Assembly (NCBI RefSeq): GCF_004010195.1
Contig: NC_057718.1
Span: 68,554,812-68,618,811, forward strand
Direction: 5' to 3'
Length of the DNA stretch: 64,000 nt
Origin: Chiloscyllium plagiosum
Taxonomy: Eukaryota
Shown here in pieces: positions 47,510-61,094 of this stretch. Each line of letters opens with the position of its first letter. Position 1 is the stretch's first letter. The notes under the pieces were generated by a model. It was not told where the DNA came from. It saw only the letters and a list, made by a program, of their open reading frames with translations, and ran no database searches. The position numbers and the translations under genes are program-made.

Positions 47510-50135
47510 CCCACCTCCTGTTGTGTATTCACTATCCCTCCTGATCTTATGCTCTCCAATGTTGAACATTCTGTCCTCAACAAAGGTCTGTTTTATCCCT
47601 CTGCGTCCACACTTTAATGAATTTTGGGCATAGCGTGATGTTGAACTTTTCTTCCATTGCCTTTGTCTCCATGCCCATTTCTTTGGGCAAGAGTCCTCTC
47701 CCTGTCCCACAGACTCCTTCACCCATGTCTAACACACTCCGTCCACCTGGACTCCTCCCTCTGGCATTTTTCTTGCACTCAACTTGTTCATTCAGCACAG
47801 TTGATGTCAAATTGGTCACCTCAATTTCTCTGCCCACCACCCTAATCCATTCCAACCTATCCTCCAGGAAACTGACTGTACTCCAGCTCTCAGATCCAAC
47901 CCCGACTTTGCAATTAGGCCTGTCCGTAAGGGTGGCGCGGTTGTTGTCTGGCGGACTGACGTCTATATTGCAGACGTTGAGCTCCAACTCTCAGATACCT
48001 TCTCCTATCTCTCTTGGATCATGACACCATGATGGATTATCAGGCCATTGTGTCAACTATGGTCACCAATCTCATTTCATCCTGTGATCTCTCCCCATCA
48101 CTGCCTTCAAGCTGATAATATCCCAACCCTGCACAGGCATCCCTCCTTCCCAAAATTCACAAATAGGTCTGCCCGGGCAGACCCATTGTTTCTGCCTACT
48201 TCTGCAACACAGAACTCATCTCTTCCTACCTTGACACAGTCTTTTCTCACCAGTCCACAATTCCTCTAACACTTTACATCAGTTTCAGAATTTTCAGTTT
48301 GTGGGCTCTAGCCACTTTCTCTTTACAATCAATGTGCAATCCCTTTACTCATCCATCCCCACCAGGATGGTCTTAGGGCTCTCCGCTTATTCCTAGAACA
48401 AAGGTGTGAATGGTCCCCACACACCAACAGCCTCCTCCTCTTGGGTGAGCTCATCCTCAGCCTGAACAACTTTTATTTTTTTAACTCCTGTCATTTTCTT
48501 CAGGTCAGAGTGATGGCCATGGGTACCCACATGGGCCCCAGTTATGCCTGCCTCTTTGCGGGGTATGTGGAACATTCCTTGTTCCAGTCCTATTTTGGCC
48601 CCCACCCACAATTCTTTTTCCTGTATATCGATGATATCATTGGTGCTTCTTCCCTCTCTCATCCAGAATTGGAGAAGTTTATTGATTTTGATTCCAATTT
48701 CCCGTCTGCTCTCACTTTCAATGGGTCCATCTCTGACTCCTCCCTTCCCTTCCTTGACATTTCTGTTTCTATTTCTGAGGATATCTCTTTATTCTGCTAT
48801 CTCCATCACATCTGTTCTGATGATGCCTACTTTGACGAGGGACCTCCAAAATGTTCACCTTCTCCCTCAACCGAGGATTCCTCAGTACCATTGTTGACAG
48901 GACCCTCAGCCAGGTTTGACCTATCTCTCACACTTCGGCCCTTACTCCCTCTCTTCCCTCCCGCAGCAGTGATAGGGTCCCTCTTGTCCTCATGTATCAT
49001 CCTACCAGCATCCACATTCAGAGAATCATTCGCCGATATTTCAGCGAGATGCTACAGACATATATTCCTCTCTCCTCCCTTGTCACCCTTCCGCTGGGAC
49101 TGTTCCCTTTGGGACACCATGCTCCACTCTTTCTTCACTCCTAACAACCCTCACAGCCTTGCATGGTACCTTCCCATGCATCTGCAGAAGGTGTAATACC
49201 TGTCTATTTACTCCCTCCTTCCTCAGTATCCAAGGGGTCAAACACACTTTCCAGGTGAAACAGCGCTTTACCTTCACTTCACGAAATTTAGTCCTCTGCA
49301 ATCATTGCTCACAATGTTGTCTCCTTTATTTTAGGAAAATGAAGCACAGACTGGGTGACTGCTTCATAGAACTCCTATTTTCTGTCCACAAAAAAGATCC
49401 TGAGCTTCATTGCCTGCCACTTCAACATGCTACCCTATTCCCTGGCCAACATCTCTGTCTCAGACTTGATGCAGTGCTCCAGCAAAGTGCAAGCTGGAAG
49501 AACAGCACCTCATTTTCCAATTGGGAACCCTTCAGCCCTCTGGAATTAATATCGTGTTAAATAGCTTTAGAGATTGAGCTCTCCCATGTCCTTATCAGGC
49601 CTTGTTAACACATAGTCAACTATTACATGCATTGTTAGCCACTAACAGTTCCCATTAATAGTTACTAACCCTTCTAACCGGATCTTTATCCATCCCTTTA
49701 CCTGTCCAACTGTTCTCTCCACTCATTTGGCTCTATCCCCACCTATTGTTTACTCCATAGTCCCTCTCCTCTGACCCTATCTTCTGCATAAAAACTGACA
49801 TTTTCCTTGCTATGTGAAAGTGAGTATTGCAGATGCTGGAGATTAGAGTCGAGAGTGTGGTGCTGGAAAAGCACAGCAGGTCAGGCAGCATCTGAGCAGT
49901 AAAATCAACATTTCAGCCAAAATCCCTTCATCAGGATTCATCTGCCCGACGTGCTGTGCTTTTCCAACACCACGCTCTTGACTTATTTTCCTAGCTACCA
50001 CCAGTTCTGAAAAATGGTCACTCGACCTGAAATGTTAACTCTGATTTTTCTCCACAGATGCTGCCAGGCCTTCTGAGCTTTTCCAGCAATTTCTGTTCTG
50101 CTTTCTGAATTACAGCATCGTCAGTTTTTTTCAGT
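47510..50135 (+). mobile_element. Long degenerate PLE (RT and GIY-YIG)
   Basis: HSVLNKGL; AMGTHMGPSYACLFAG..YIDDIIG..LPFLDI; CRRCNTC..CSQC; hammerhead-like motif at 50003-50040. Confidence 0.9.
49813..49984 (-). mobile_element. PLE family-1 mini element nested in another PLE
   Basis: TSD attttcct(t/a)gcta at 49800-49812 and 49985-49997. Confidence 0.8.
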
Positions 50136-50319
50136 TTTAATCTTATACATTGTCTGTTCAACACCAATGTCAACGCTAATGTAACCTCCACTGCAACAAC
50201 TGCATCATTTAACTATCTGCTTTATACTTGTTTTCTTTTAACGTTTATCATTTTGGACACACTACTTATTTCTAATCTGAGGATGAGTATTGCATTACTG
50301 ATTTATTTTATCTTTAGTA

Positions 50320-50600
50320 GTTAACAAATTGGAATTGGGGGACACAACTTTAAAATAAGAGGTCTTACTATTAAGACAGATGAGGATTTGTTTTCTCAAA
50401 TGGTTGTTAATCTGTGGAATTCTCTTGCCTTGTAAACTGAGAAAGCTGGGTCATTGAATTGATTCATCATTGAGTTAGATTTTTGCACCATAAGGACATC
50501 AACATTTATGGCAGAGGTCGGAGAAGAGGAGGCAGACAGGAAGGTGGGGTTGAGACCACAATCTTATTAAATGATGTAATAAATTTGAAGGATCAAATGT
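50320..50600 (+). mobile_element. Old CR1 3' fragment
   Basis: ttttctcaaatggttgttaatctgtggaattctcttgcc. Confidence 0.6.
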
Positions 50601-50664
50601 AAACAGTATTACATCATACACAATTTTGAGGGTGTGGTGATTACCTGAAGGCATTAAGTAAGAT

Positions 50665-53600
50665 CCTAAGAACATAAGAACGTACGAACTAGGAGCAGGA
50701 GTAGGCTGTCTAGCTCTTCGAACCTGCTCCGCCATTCAATAAGATCATTGTTGATCTTGGGTATGCAGAACCACTTACCCACACTCTCACTGTATCCCTT
50801 AATTCTTTTATTGATCAAAAAAATGGACATTAACTTTAAAATCATTTACTGAAGTAGTGTCAACAACTTCACTGGGCAAGGAATTCCATAGATTAACAAC
50901 CCTCTGGGTAAAGAAATTCCTTCTCGATTCAGCTCTAAATCAGTGGGGTGGCATGGTGATTAGCACTGCTGCCTCACAATGCCAGAGACCCAGGTTCAAT
51001 TCCCGTCTCAGGCAACTGTCTGTGTGGAGTTTGCACATTTTCCTCGTGTCTGCGTGGGTTTCCTCCAGGTGCTCCGGTTTCCTCCCACGGTCCAAAGATG
51101 TGCAGGTTAGGTGAACTGGCCGTGCTAAATTGCCCGTAGTGTTAGGTGAAGGGGCAAATGTAGTGGAATAGGTTTGGGTGGGTTGCTCTTCGGATGGTTG
51201 GTGTGGACTTGTAGGGCTGAAGGGCCTGTTTCCACACTGTGAGTAATTTAATCTTAAGGCAATGCCCTTTTGTCCAATTGAAACATCCTCTCTACTTCTA
51301 TCTTATCTATTCCCTTCATAATTTTATATGTTTCTGTAAGATTTCCCCTCATTCTTCTGAATTCCAATGAACATAATCGTAGTCTACTCAGTGTCTCCTC
51401 ATAGGCCAACCTCTTCAACTCCAGAATCAACCTAGTGAACCTCCTCTTCACACCCTCCAGTGCCAGTACATCCTTTCTCAAGTAAGGAGACCAAAACTGT
51501 ACACAGCACTCCAGGTGTGGCCTCACCAGCACTTTGTACGGCTGCAACATAACCTCTCTGCTTTTAAACTCAATCCCTTAGCAATGAAGGACAAAATCTC
51601 ACTTGTCTTCCTAACTACTTGTTGTGCCTACAGACCAAACGTCCGTGATTCATGTACCAGGACATCCAGATCCCTCTGCGTAGCAGCATGCTGCAACTTT
51701 TTACCATTTAAATAATAATCCTTTTTACTATTAACAAATGGATGACTTCACATTTATTAACATTGTATTCCATCTGCCAGACCTTTGCCCATTCATTCAA
51801 TGTATCTATGTTCCTCTGCAAAGTTTCACAGTCCTTTGCACACTTTGCTCAGCCACTCAACTTAGTGTCATTTGCAAACTTCAACACCCTACATGTGGTC
51901 CCCAACTCCAAATCATCTATATAAATTATCAATAATTGCAGTCCCAACACCTGATCCCTGAGGCACAACACTAGTCCCTTATTGCTAACCAAAATAGCAC
52001 TCATTTATCCCCACTCTTTGCTTCCTGTTAGTCAACCAATCCTCTATCCATGCTAATACTTTATCCGCAATGCCATGCATCCTTTACCTTATGCATCAAT
52101 CTCCTTTGCAGCACCTTCTCAAAGGCCCTTTGGTAATCTAGGTGCACCACATCCACTGGGTCCGTTGTCTACTTTGATTGTAATGTCTTCATAGAATTCC
52201 ACAAGATTTGTTAAAGATGATCTGCCCTTCATGAACCCATGCTGTGCCTGCCCAACGGGACAATTTCTATTGAGATGCCCTGCTATTTCTTCCTTAATAA
52301 TAGATTCAAGCATCTTCCCCACTACAGTCATTAAGCTAACCAGTCTATAATTCCCCATCTTTTGTCTACCTCCCTTTTTAAACAGCGGCATCACATTTGC
52401 TGTTTTCCAATCCGCCGGGACATCCCCAGAATCCAGCGAATTTTGGAAAATTACCGCCAGTGCACTTGTTATTTCTCCCGCCATCTCTTTTAGTACCCTG
52501 GGATGCATTCCATCAGGCCAGGAGACTTATCTATCCTCAGCTCCATTAGCTTTCCCAACACTACCTCTTCTACAAGAATGATTGTTTCCAGGTCCTCACC
52601 TACCTTTGTCTCTTTGTCAATTACTGACATGTTATTAGTGTCCTCCACTGTGAAGACCGATAGAAAATATCTGTTCAATGCCTTGGCCATTTCATCACAT
52701 TCCATAAATAAATGCCCCTTCTCATCCTCTAAAGGATCAACGTTTACTTGAGCAACTCTTTTTCATTTTATATATTTATAAAAACGTTTGCTATTTGTCT
52801 TTATATTCTATGCTAGGTTTTCTCATGTCGTATCTTACTTTTCTTTATAGCTCTTTTTCTGGTTTTCTGTTGACCTTTAAAGTTTTCCCAATCTTCTAGT
52901 TTCATGCTGTTTTGGCCACCTTGTATGCCTTCTCTTTCAATTTGATAGCTTCCCTTATTTCCTTAGATACCCATGGCAGATTGCCCCTTTTCTTACAGTC
53001 CTTCCTTTTCACTGGAATATATTTTTGCTGAGCACTTTGAAAAATTGCTTTGAAAGTCCTCCACTGCTTGCCAACTGTCCCACCATGAAATCTTTGTTTC
53101 CAGTCGACTTTAGCCAAGTCCTCCCTCATTCTATTGTAGTCTCTCTTATGTAAGCACAGGACCCTGGTATTGGTTTTTATCTTCACACTCACCTTGTGTG
53201 TTCTAAATTCAACCATACTGTGATCACTCCTTCCAAGAGGAACCGTAAATATAAGGTCATTAATTATTCCTGTCTCGTTACACAGGACCAGATCTAGGAT
53301 AGCTTGCTCTCTCATTGGTTCCATTACATACTGTTCAAGAAAACTATCACGGATACACTTAATGAACTCCTCCTCAAGGCTACCCTGACCGAGCTGGTTC
53401 AACTAATCTACATGTAGATTAAAATCCCCTATACTAATTCCCGTACCATTTTTACACACATTAGTTATTTCTTTGTATATTGCCTGCCCCAATGTTACGT
53501 TATCATTTGGTGGCCTATAGATCACACGTATCAGAGATTCTTTTCTTCTTAGAATTTCTGATTTCCACCAAATGGATTCAACCTTATTCTCCATAGAACC

Positions 53601-54960
53601 TATATCATCTCTCAGCACTGTCCTGATGTCGTCCTTGAATATCAGAGCTCCACCACCTCCCTTACTTTCCTGCCTGTCCTTCTGAATAGTCTGATACCCC
53701 TGGATAATTTCTCCCAGTCATGACCATCTTGTAACCATATTGCCGTAATGGCTACCAAATCATATTCATTCGCAATGATTTGTGCCGTTAATTCATCAAC
53801 CTTGTTACAAATGCTATGATGCATTTAGGTAAAGTGCCTTTTTGCTAGCTTTCTTACCCTCATGACTTCCAACATCCCTAATAATATCTCCTGAGTTATC
53901 ATTCCTTTTTACTTCTTTCATAATCTGTCTTGAACTTAAACTCTCCTGCACATGCCAACCTGCTGCTTACCAATTTATTTACCATCATACTTCCTGTTGT
54001 TTTCGCTTTCACTCTCCCGACTCACTAGTTTAAAGTTCTAGTAACCACTTTTCGCTAGAACACTGGTTCCAGATCAGTTCAGGTGGAGACTGTCTCATTG
54101 GTACATGATCCCCCCCATCTCCGGTTCCAAAATGTTTCCAATGCCCCATGAAATAGAACCCCTCTTTCCCACACCACTCGCTTAGCCACATGTTTATTTC
54201 CCTTCTTTTTTATCACTAAGTCAATTTGCACGTGGCTCGAGCAGTAATCTGAAAATTATGACCCTCAAAGACCTGTTCCTTAATTTTCTTCCTAGTGCTT
54301 GAAACTCCCCAAACAGGTCCTCCATCCTATCCTTGCCTATGTTGTTAGTCCCAATGTGGACTACAACAACTGGATCCTCCTCCTCCCGCTCCAATATCCT
54401 TTCAAGCCAGTCAGAGATGTCCTGCACCCTGACACCATGTGGGACTCTAATCTGGCTTGCAAAGGATACTATCTATCCTCTAATTATAGAATCCCCTATA
54501 ACTACCACGTGTCATTTTGCTCCCCCCTCTTGAATGGCCTTCTGTACCATGATGCCGTGGTCAGCTGGCTCATTCTCCCCAAACCCCTTTCCCTCATCCA
54601 TACAGGGAGCAAACATCTCATACCTGTTGGATAAGGTCAAAAGCTGAGGCTCCTCCATTTCTGAACTCAGGATCCCCCTACCTGCTTCACTTGCAATCAC
54701 ACCCTGTTGTCCCTGGTCATTAACTGAATTTGAATTACTTAATCTACCAGGTGTGATTGCCTCCTGAAACAAAGTGTCCAGGTAACTCTCCCCCTTTGGA
54801 TGTGCCCCAGTGTTTGAAGCTCAGATTCAAGATCATCAGCTCTGAGCCAGAGTTCCTCCAGCAACCAACACTTGCTGCAAATATGGTCACTGCTGTTCAC
54901 AATGGGATCTGCCAGGACTCACATCATATAGCTACAGCCTATCACCTGCCCAGCTATTTA
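50665..54960 (-). mobile_element. Near full-length degenerate CR1 (ORF1 SGNH esterase plus ORF2 APE-RT)
   Basis: DPVVVVHIGTNNIGK; SICNKVDEL; GDFNLH; GRSDH; DWKTANVMPLFKK; YKVLVRPHLE; (tcttatgt)n tail. Confidence 0.92.
50944..51254 (+). mobile_element. HE1-type SINE in the CR1 3' region
   Basis: Full head, body and tail. Confidence 0.9.
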
Positions 54961-55074
54961 TACTTAGTTAATTATGGTAATATGTTATATAAATTTATGA
55001 GCTAAACAATTTCTAATACTTCTCTGCTATGGTATTTTTCAAAGTTTTTTAAACAAAATTATATTGTCTTCTGT

Positions 55075-57200
55075 CAATAGATGTGAAGCTGGAAGAACAC
55101 AGCAGATCAGGCAGCATCCGACAAGCAGGAAAGTGAACGTTTCTGGCTGAAACCCTTTGTCAGCTGTGGGGAGGGCAGCCCAGAAGCAAATAGAGGGAGG
55201 TGGGTAGGACTGGGGTAGAAAGGGTGAAAGGGCAGGATCATGATAGGTGGATGCAGTTAGGCGGTGATTGTGATTGGTCAGTAGGGTGGAGAAGATAGGA
55301 GAAAGTGAGGACTGGAGGTCAGAGTTAAGAGTGTGGTGCTGGAAATGCACAGCTGGTCAGGCAGCATCGAAGGAGCAGGATAATTGCTTTTCAGGCATAA
55401 GCCTTTCATCAGGAATGGGACTTGTGGGCTAAGGGGCCGAGAGATAAATGGGAGGAAGGTGGAGCTGGGTGGAAGGTAAGTGAGAATGTGATAGGTAGAT
55501 GAAAGTGGGGGTGAAGGTGATAGGTTGGAAGGAAGATGGACAAGTAGGTCAGGTCAAGAGGGCGGTGCTGAGTTGGAAGGCTGAATCTGGGATAATGGTG
55601 GGGGGGGAAATGAGGAAACTGATGAAATCCACATTGATCCCATGTGGTTGGAGGGTCCCAAGGTGGAAGATTAGGCGTTCTTCCTCCAGGCAGCTGGTAA
55701 GGGTTTGGTGATAGAGGAGGTTCAGGACCTGCATGTCCTTGGGGAAGTGGATTTAAAGCGTTCGGCCACGGGGCAGTGGGTTGCTTTGTACGTGTGTCTT
55801 GAAGATGTTCTCTGAACTGTTCCACAAGTAGGCATCCTGTCTCCCAAATATAGACGAGACTGCATCAGGAGCAACAAATACAGTAAATGATGTGTGTGGA
55901 AGCGCAGATAAATCTCTGACTGATGTGGAAGGCTCCTTTGGGGCCTTGGACAGAGGTGAGGGGAGAGGTGTGGTGCAGGTTTTGCAATCCTTGCGGTGCT
56001 AGGGGAATGCGAGTTGGTGGGGGGTGTGTACCTGACAAGAGAGTCACAGAGGGAATGGTCTTTATGGAATGCAGATGAAGTGGGAAGGAAATATATCACT
56101 GGTGGTGGGGTCTGTTTGTAGGTGGCGGAAATGGCGGAGGATGATATCCAAAGGTTGGTGGGGTGCAAGGTGACGAAGGGGGTTTCTGTCCTTGTTGTGG
56201 TTGGAGGGCTGGGATTTGAGGGCTGAGGTGCAAGAGGTAGGTGAGATGTGCTGGAGGGCATCATCAACCACATGGAAAGGGAAATTGTGGTCTTTGAAGG
56301 AGGCTACCTGGTATGTTCTGTGGTGTAATTGGTCGTCCTGGGATCAGATGCGGCGGGGTTGCAGGAATTGGGAATAAGGGATAGCGTTTTACAGGAGGCA
56401 GGGTGAGGAGTAGTAGTCCAGGTAGCTGTGGGAGTCGGTGGGTTTGTAAAAGGTGTCCATGTTGAGTTGGTCACCGTTGATGGAGAGGTCCAGGAAGGGG
56501 AGGGAGGTGTCTGAGATGGTCCAGGTGAACTTAAGGTCAGGTTGGAATGTGTTAGTGAAGTTGAAGTTAGTCAATTTCCTCATGGGAGCACGAGGTGGCA
56601 CCAGTACAGTCATCAATGTAGCGGAGGAAAAGGTGGGGAATGATGCCAGTGTAGCTGCAGATAAGTGGAGCGGATAGGTGAGTAGGCAGACAGACAGGTT
56701 ACGGAGGTGAGGGGGAGGGGTAGGGCTAGACATGGGATAAGGCTGGGGAAGGAGGGACTTTGAAGCTGGTGAAGTCGAATGTTTAGGCCATTGGGCTGTA
56801 AGCTTCCCAGGTGAAATATAAGATGTTGTTTGTCCAGTTTCTGTTTGGCCCCACTGACAGTGGAGGAAACCAAGGAAGGACTTGTTGCTGAGAGAATGGG
56901 AACTAAAGCCTTCTCCATTGTCAAGAGTGAGGTCAAATGGAGGAACAACACTTACAGTCCAATGGCTTCAGCATCTGCTTCACCAGCTTCAAAGTCCCCC
57001 CTCCCCCCAACCTTATCCCATGGCCCCTCCCCACCTCCTTGACCTGTTCTAACCATCTTCCTACTCACCTATTCGCTTCACCCTCCCAACTGACCAATCA
57101 CATCAAAAAATGTGGTGCTGGAAAAGCACAGCAGGTCAGGCAGCATCTGAGCAGCAAAAGAGTCAATAATTCGGGCATAAGGAGTGGCGATTGGAAAGCT
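55075..57200 (-). mobile_element. PLE cluster; main family-1 copy at 55298-56660
   Basis: LKFTWTISDTSLPFLDL..YKPTDSHSYLDY; HIIYCICCS; EEERLIFHLGTLQPHGINVDF; rearranged pieces to 57200. Confidence 0.85.
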
Positions 57201-57475
57201 AGCACCTCCAAATAAATCAAGACACATCTGTCATTCTAACAGATAAGAGATTTAACAAACAATCAAGGTATTTTTCAATGTATAATTTCAGTTAGATCAC
57301 ACTGTAAACTTTTGCCATAAATTCTGTGTCTTACAATCGTGTACTCCACAACCACCTGATGAAGGCGCAGCGCTCCGAATGCTGGTACTTCCAATTAAAC
57401 CTGTTGGACTATAACCTAGTGTTGTGTGATTTTTAACTTTGTACACCCCAGTCCAACACCGGCATCTCCGAATCA
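57200..57475 (+). mobile_element. PLE family 2 terminal repeat
   Basis: Matches 45640-45878; hammerhead-like motif at 57353-57388. Confidence 0.85.
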
Positions 57476-58049
57476 TAAAATAGCGACAGGCTTAGCCTCT
57501 ACCGTCGATATCTCTCAAAGACATTCTGCTGGGGCAGCCAATTGCAAAACTTCACTGAACATTGACTTACTGCACTCTAAATAGTGTGACTTAATGCCAA
57601 CATCTTGGAATTTTAAAGTAACTTGCAACTGTAACGTTTCTTTCCTTTTTCCCCCTTTTCTTTCCGCTTCGTGTGCATTGTGAACTATTTTCTCGGCAAC
57701 ATTGATAAATAGTATTTTGTTTTAATTCTTAAAAAGTGTAGTATTGAATCATTTCAAATTGGACTTCACGGAGTTTGGAGAAAACACACCATTGTCTAAA
57801 TGAGGACTTCTCTAATTCACATTCCCTATTACTCTATTTCTCATCCTCTTGACGAGCAGCCTGACCCAACTCCCCTTCGCTTACACCTACCCTGTCCCAC
57901 CCTCACCGAAAACTCCTTTCACCCAATTCCCCAGTGATCTCCACTCTCTGTCAGCCCGACTCTTCAATCCCAGCTATCCTTGCCACCATGACCAAACCCA
58001 TCAACCGCTCCCCTCCGATCAACTGTGTATCCTGGAATTAAGTAATTAA

Positions 58050-58900
58050 TGGGGAAATGTGTTTGTCTTGCGTTATTACGTCGTCCTTCTTAACAGTGTT
58101 TTCCTTAGTATTTGCAGGCTCGTTTGCTTTCAAAAACACTTCAGCAGTTGCGTCGAAACGTCATGCTGACAAGTTGTGTTACGAGCCCAGCCTAATAAGG
58201 CGTATCTAAGCAAGAAACATTAAAATATAACAATTTGTTTTTGTTTTAGTAAGGCGCGCAGGATCTTCCCCCTCCCACCTCTAATTTCGGCTGTTGTGGA
58301 AACCCTGTTTTGAAGTTGTGCAAATCAGAGATTGTTGAGGTCAAAGGCCATTTTTGTATTAGTGATGTATTAAATATTCCCTGTCTGGTACAGGAGCCGG
58401 AAAAAAAATCTACTCCGCGGGGTTAACTTCAATAAAACCGAGGAAGTGAAACTCACGCAGAGAATAAGGCGGCGGAATGGCTACAAAGGTAATGAGAAAT
58501 ATGTCAATTCCTGGGGAGTTTAATGAACCGGGGCTGGTTACCGAAGCGGGGCCCGAGCCTGGGCCCTCATTGATCGAAGCTGTGGCCCGGGCCTTGGTTA
58601 CTGAAGTTGTAGCTCGGGGCGGGAGGACGGTTATCGAAGCCTGGGCTCGCGCGGCTAAAAGAGAGAGAGAGAACCTGCTCGCGCTACTCTGTGCCGTCAC
58701 CTCGAGCTCCGGCCTGGTCTGGGTGTGGAGCAGCCCGCACTGGCGATCCCGGGTCCCGCTGGTTCCCGTGACCCAGACCGGCTCTTTGCTGTGCACATCC
58801 CAGTCAGACGGCAAGGTGGCTGATGTGGGCGATAAGTTTTTCAAACCGAATTTTACTATAACATTGAATCATTAGTGAATGAAATTCTGCAACACATAAG
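58050..58900 (+). promoter_or_regulatory. CpG-island-like promoter and first-exon region
   Basis: Non-repetitive and locally CpG-dense against a CpG-depleted background; ETS-like AGGAAGTG at 58441-58448. Confidence 0.65.
58477..58488 (+). CDS. Probable first coding exon of a host gene (MATK, phase-0 donor)
   Basis: Kozak GGCGGAATGG followed by AAG|GTAATG donor inside the CpG island. Confidence 0.5.
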
Positions 58901-59712
58901 GCTCCTAAAGTTTCAAAGATAGGACTGGCGAAAAATAGCTAAGATCGTAACGAATGGCCACCTGATAGACGAGGATATTTTACTCCGTCATTTAGGCTAG
59001 CTTTGCCTAAAAAGACTAATTAGTAATTGGTGAAACCATTCGTTTCGTTGCCGAGCCTGGTATTAAGCGATTTGAAAGGGTTGGGAACTGATAACCAGTG
59101 ATAATTGGGGGGGGGGGGGGAAGACTATTAACACTATCAACACTATCTAGTACCGTCAGTTTTAACTCTGACCATTTAAAACACACTGATTCCCGTCAGG
59201 CGGCAGAGATGTAGGATTTTGATACGATAAAGGTGCCTCACGGAAAAAAAGTTAAAAGCAGGTGACCGCGTTAAAATCTGCGATTGCTTTTGGGTGTAGT
59301 GAAATCCCCAAGAAAACTATTGTGCTGGTTTGTTCATATGACGCGTTCAGTCACGGTACTTGCAAAAAAAGTCTCATCCCATGCACGTAATATATTCAAA
59401 CAATTTTATTTAAAAAAAAAGATTTGCAAACGTTCTGGGTGGTCTCTCAGAACAAGTTGTACTATTGATAGATGCATTTTGTTCTGTACAATATTCTTTA
59501 ATACAGATTCAGTTGTCAACCCATAGGTAAGTTCACATGTTTTAGGGTTTTTATGGTCATAAAAGACCCCTATTTAAGTTTATTATACAATGACGACCAG
59601 CTCCTCCGTAACATACTTTGCAATGCACTGACTGAGACAACTTGTCAAAATGCTGTGATTCAATCTGCATTCATTGCACTCGTTTTTTTAAAAGTATTTC
59701 TTCTTGAGATGT

Positions 59713-59906
59713 GGAGAAAGTGAGGACTGCAGATGCTGGAGATCAGAGCTGAATATGTGTTGCTGGAAAAGTGCAGCAGGTCAGGCAGCATCCAAGGAGC
59801 AGGAAAAGGGCTTATGCCTGAAGAAGGGCTCATTCCCGAAACGTCGATTCTCCTGTTGCTTGGATGCTGCCTGACCTGCTGCGCTTTTCCAGCAACACAT
59901 TTTCAG
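59713..59906 (-). mobile_element. PLE family-1 mini palindromic element
   Basis: TSD cttcttgag(a/t)tgtgg near 59700 and 59907. Confidence 0.85.
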
Positions 59907-59989
59907 CTTCTTGAGTTGTGGACAACTCTGGTTAGGTCTAACTTATTGCTGATTTTTGACTGCATTGAGCAGATTACTGTATCGTGTAG

Positions 59990-60540
59990 AACTTAAGACA
60001 ATAAGACTAGGGGCAGAACAAGGCCATTTAGTCTACTGAGTTTCCTCCAATTTTCAATGAGATGGATGAACTTATAATAATCAGTTCCACTTTACTCCCT
60101 TTTCCCCCTGAACTCCTTAATATCCTTAGTGATTAAAAATCTGTGTCTTGAATACACTTAATTACCTAGTCTCAGCAGACCTCTGCTGTAAAGAGTTCCA
60201 TAGATTCATGACCCTCTAAAAGAAGAAATTCCTTCACGTGTCTTTAAATGTGCGACCCTTATTCTGAGATTATGCTGTTTGATCCTGGACTATCCCACAA
60301 GTGGAAACAACCCTTCCATATCTACCGTTTCAAGTCTGCTAAGAATCTTGTATGTTTCAATAAGGTTACTTCTCATTCTTCTATATTCCAATGAGTATTC
60401 AACTTCCCCTCAGAAAACATAACTGGTATCAGCTGAGTGATCTTTCTCAGGATTGTCCCAATGCTAGTATATCTCTCTCTAGATAAGGGGTCAAAAAATG
60501 TGTACAGTACTTTCAGATGTGTTCTGTCAATCTTGGAATA
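59990..60540 (-). mobile_element. CR1 3' fragment
   Basis: CR1 3' UTR and tail; RTHLKVLYTFF-like motif. Confidence 0.7.
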
Positions 60541-61094
60541 AAGGTGCAAGAGTAGTTCATTCAGCATCTCTAGCCTGTTCTGTTATTAGATGAAATCACT
60601 ACCTTTGTTTCAAATTTTTTCATATGTTTGTTTTTCCATTCTGAGAATTTCAATTACCGAGCCTTGATGGCATTTTGAGCTCCAGCTTTCCATGTCTTTT
60701 GTGCAAAGAATTTTTTTCCTGATAATGTCCCTTGGATCTAACTAAGGTTAATCACAATCCAGTCAAATCCTTTAATCGCTGAGCTCATTGTAGATTACCC
60801 CTGAATTTCAACAGTTTGTCAAAACTCCCAAATTTCTCTCTCTCTCTCTCTCTCTCCCCTGTTGTCTTTCTGTAATATTAAAATGTTCTTTATATCCTTT
60901 CCAGTTAGTCTGATTTCACTATTCTTTGCATTTATCTAAGTCTTTTGTTTTCATTTCATATTATATCTTTCCTCATTTGTGGATTAATATTGTTTAATTA
61001 CATAAATAGAGACTCTGACCTTTAAGAGTATGTACAGGTCTTTTGCTGTAGAACCACAGTTGGACAGTGGGAGTTATTTAGCCTGATGGCATTT

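Noticed and set aside
58477..58875. 132-aa ORF MATKVMRN as a complete protein
   Set aside because: A strong donor follows codon 4; the rest is GC-rich repeat read-through with no recognisable domain
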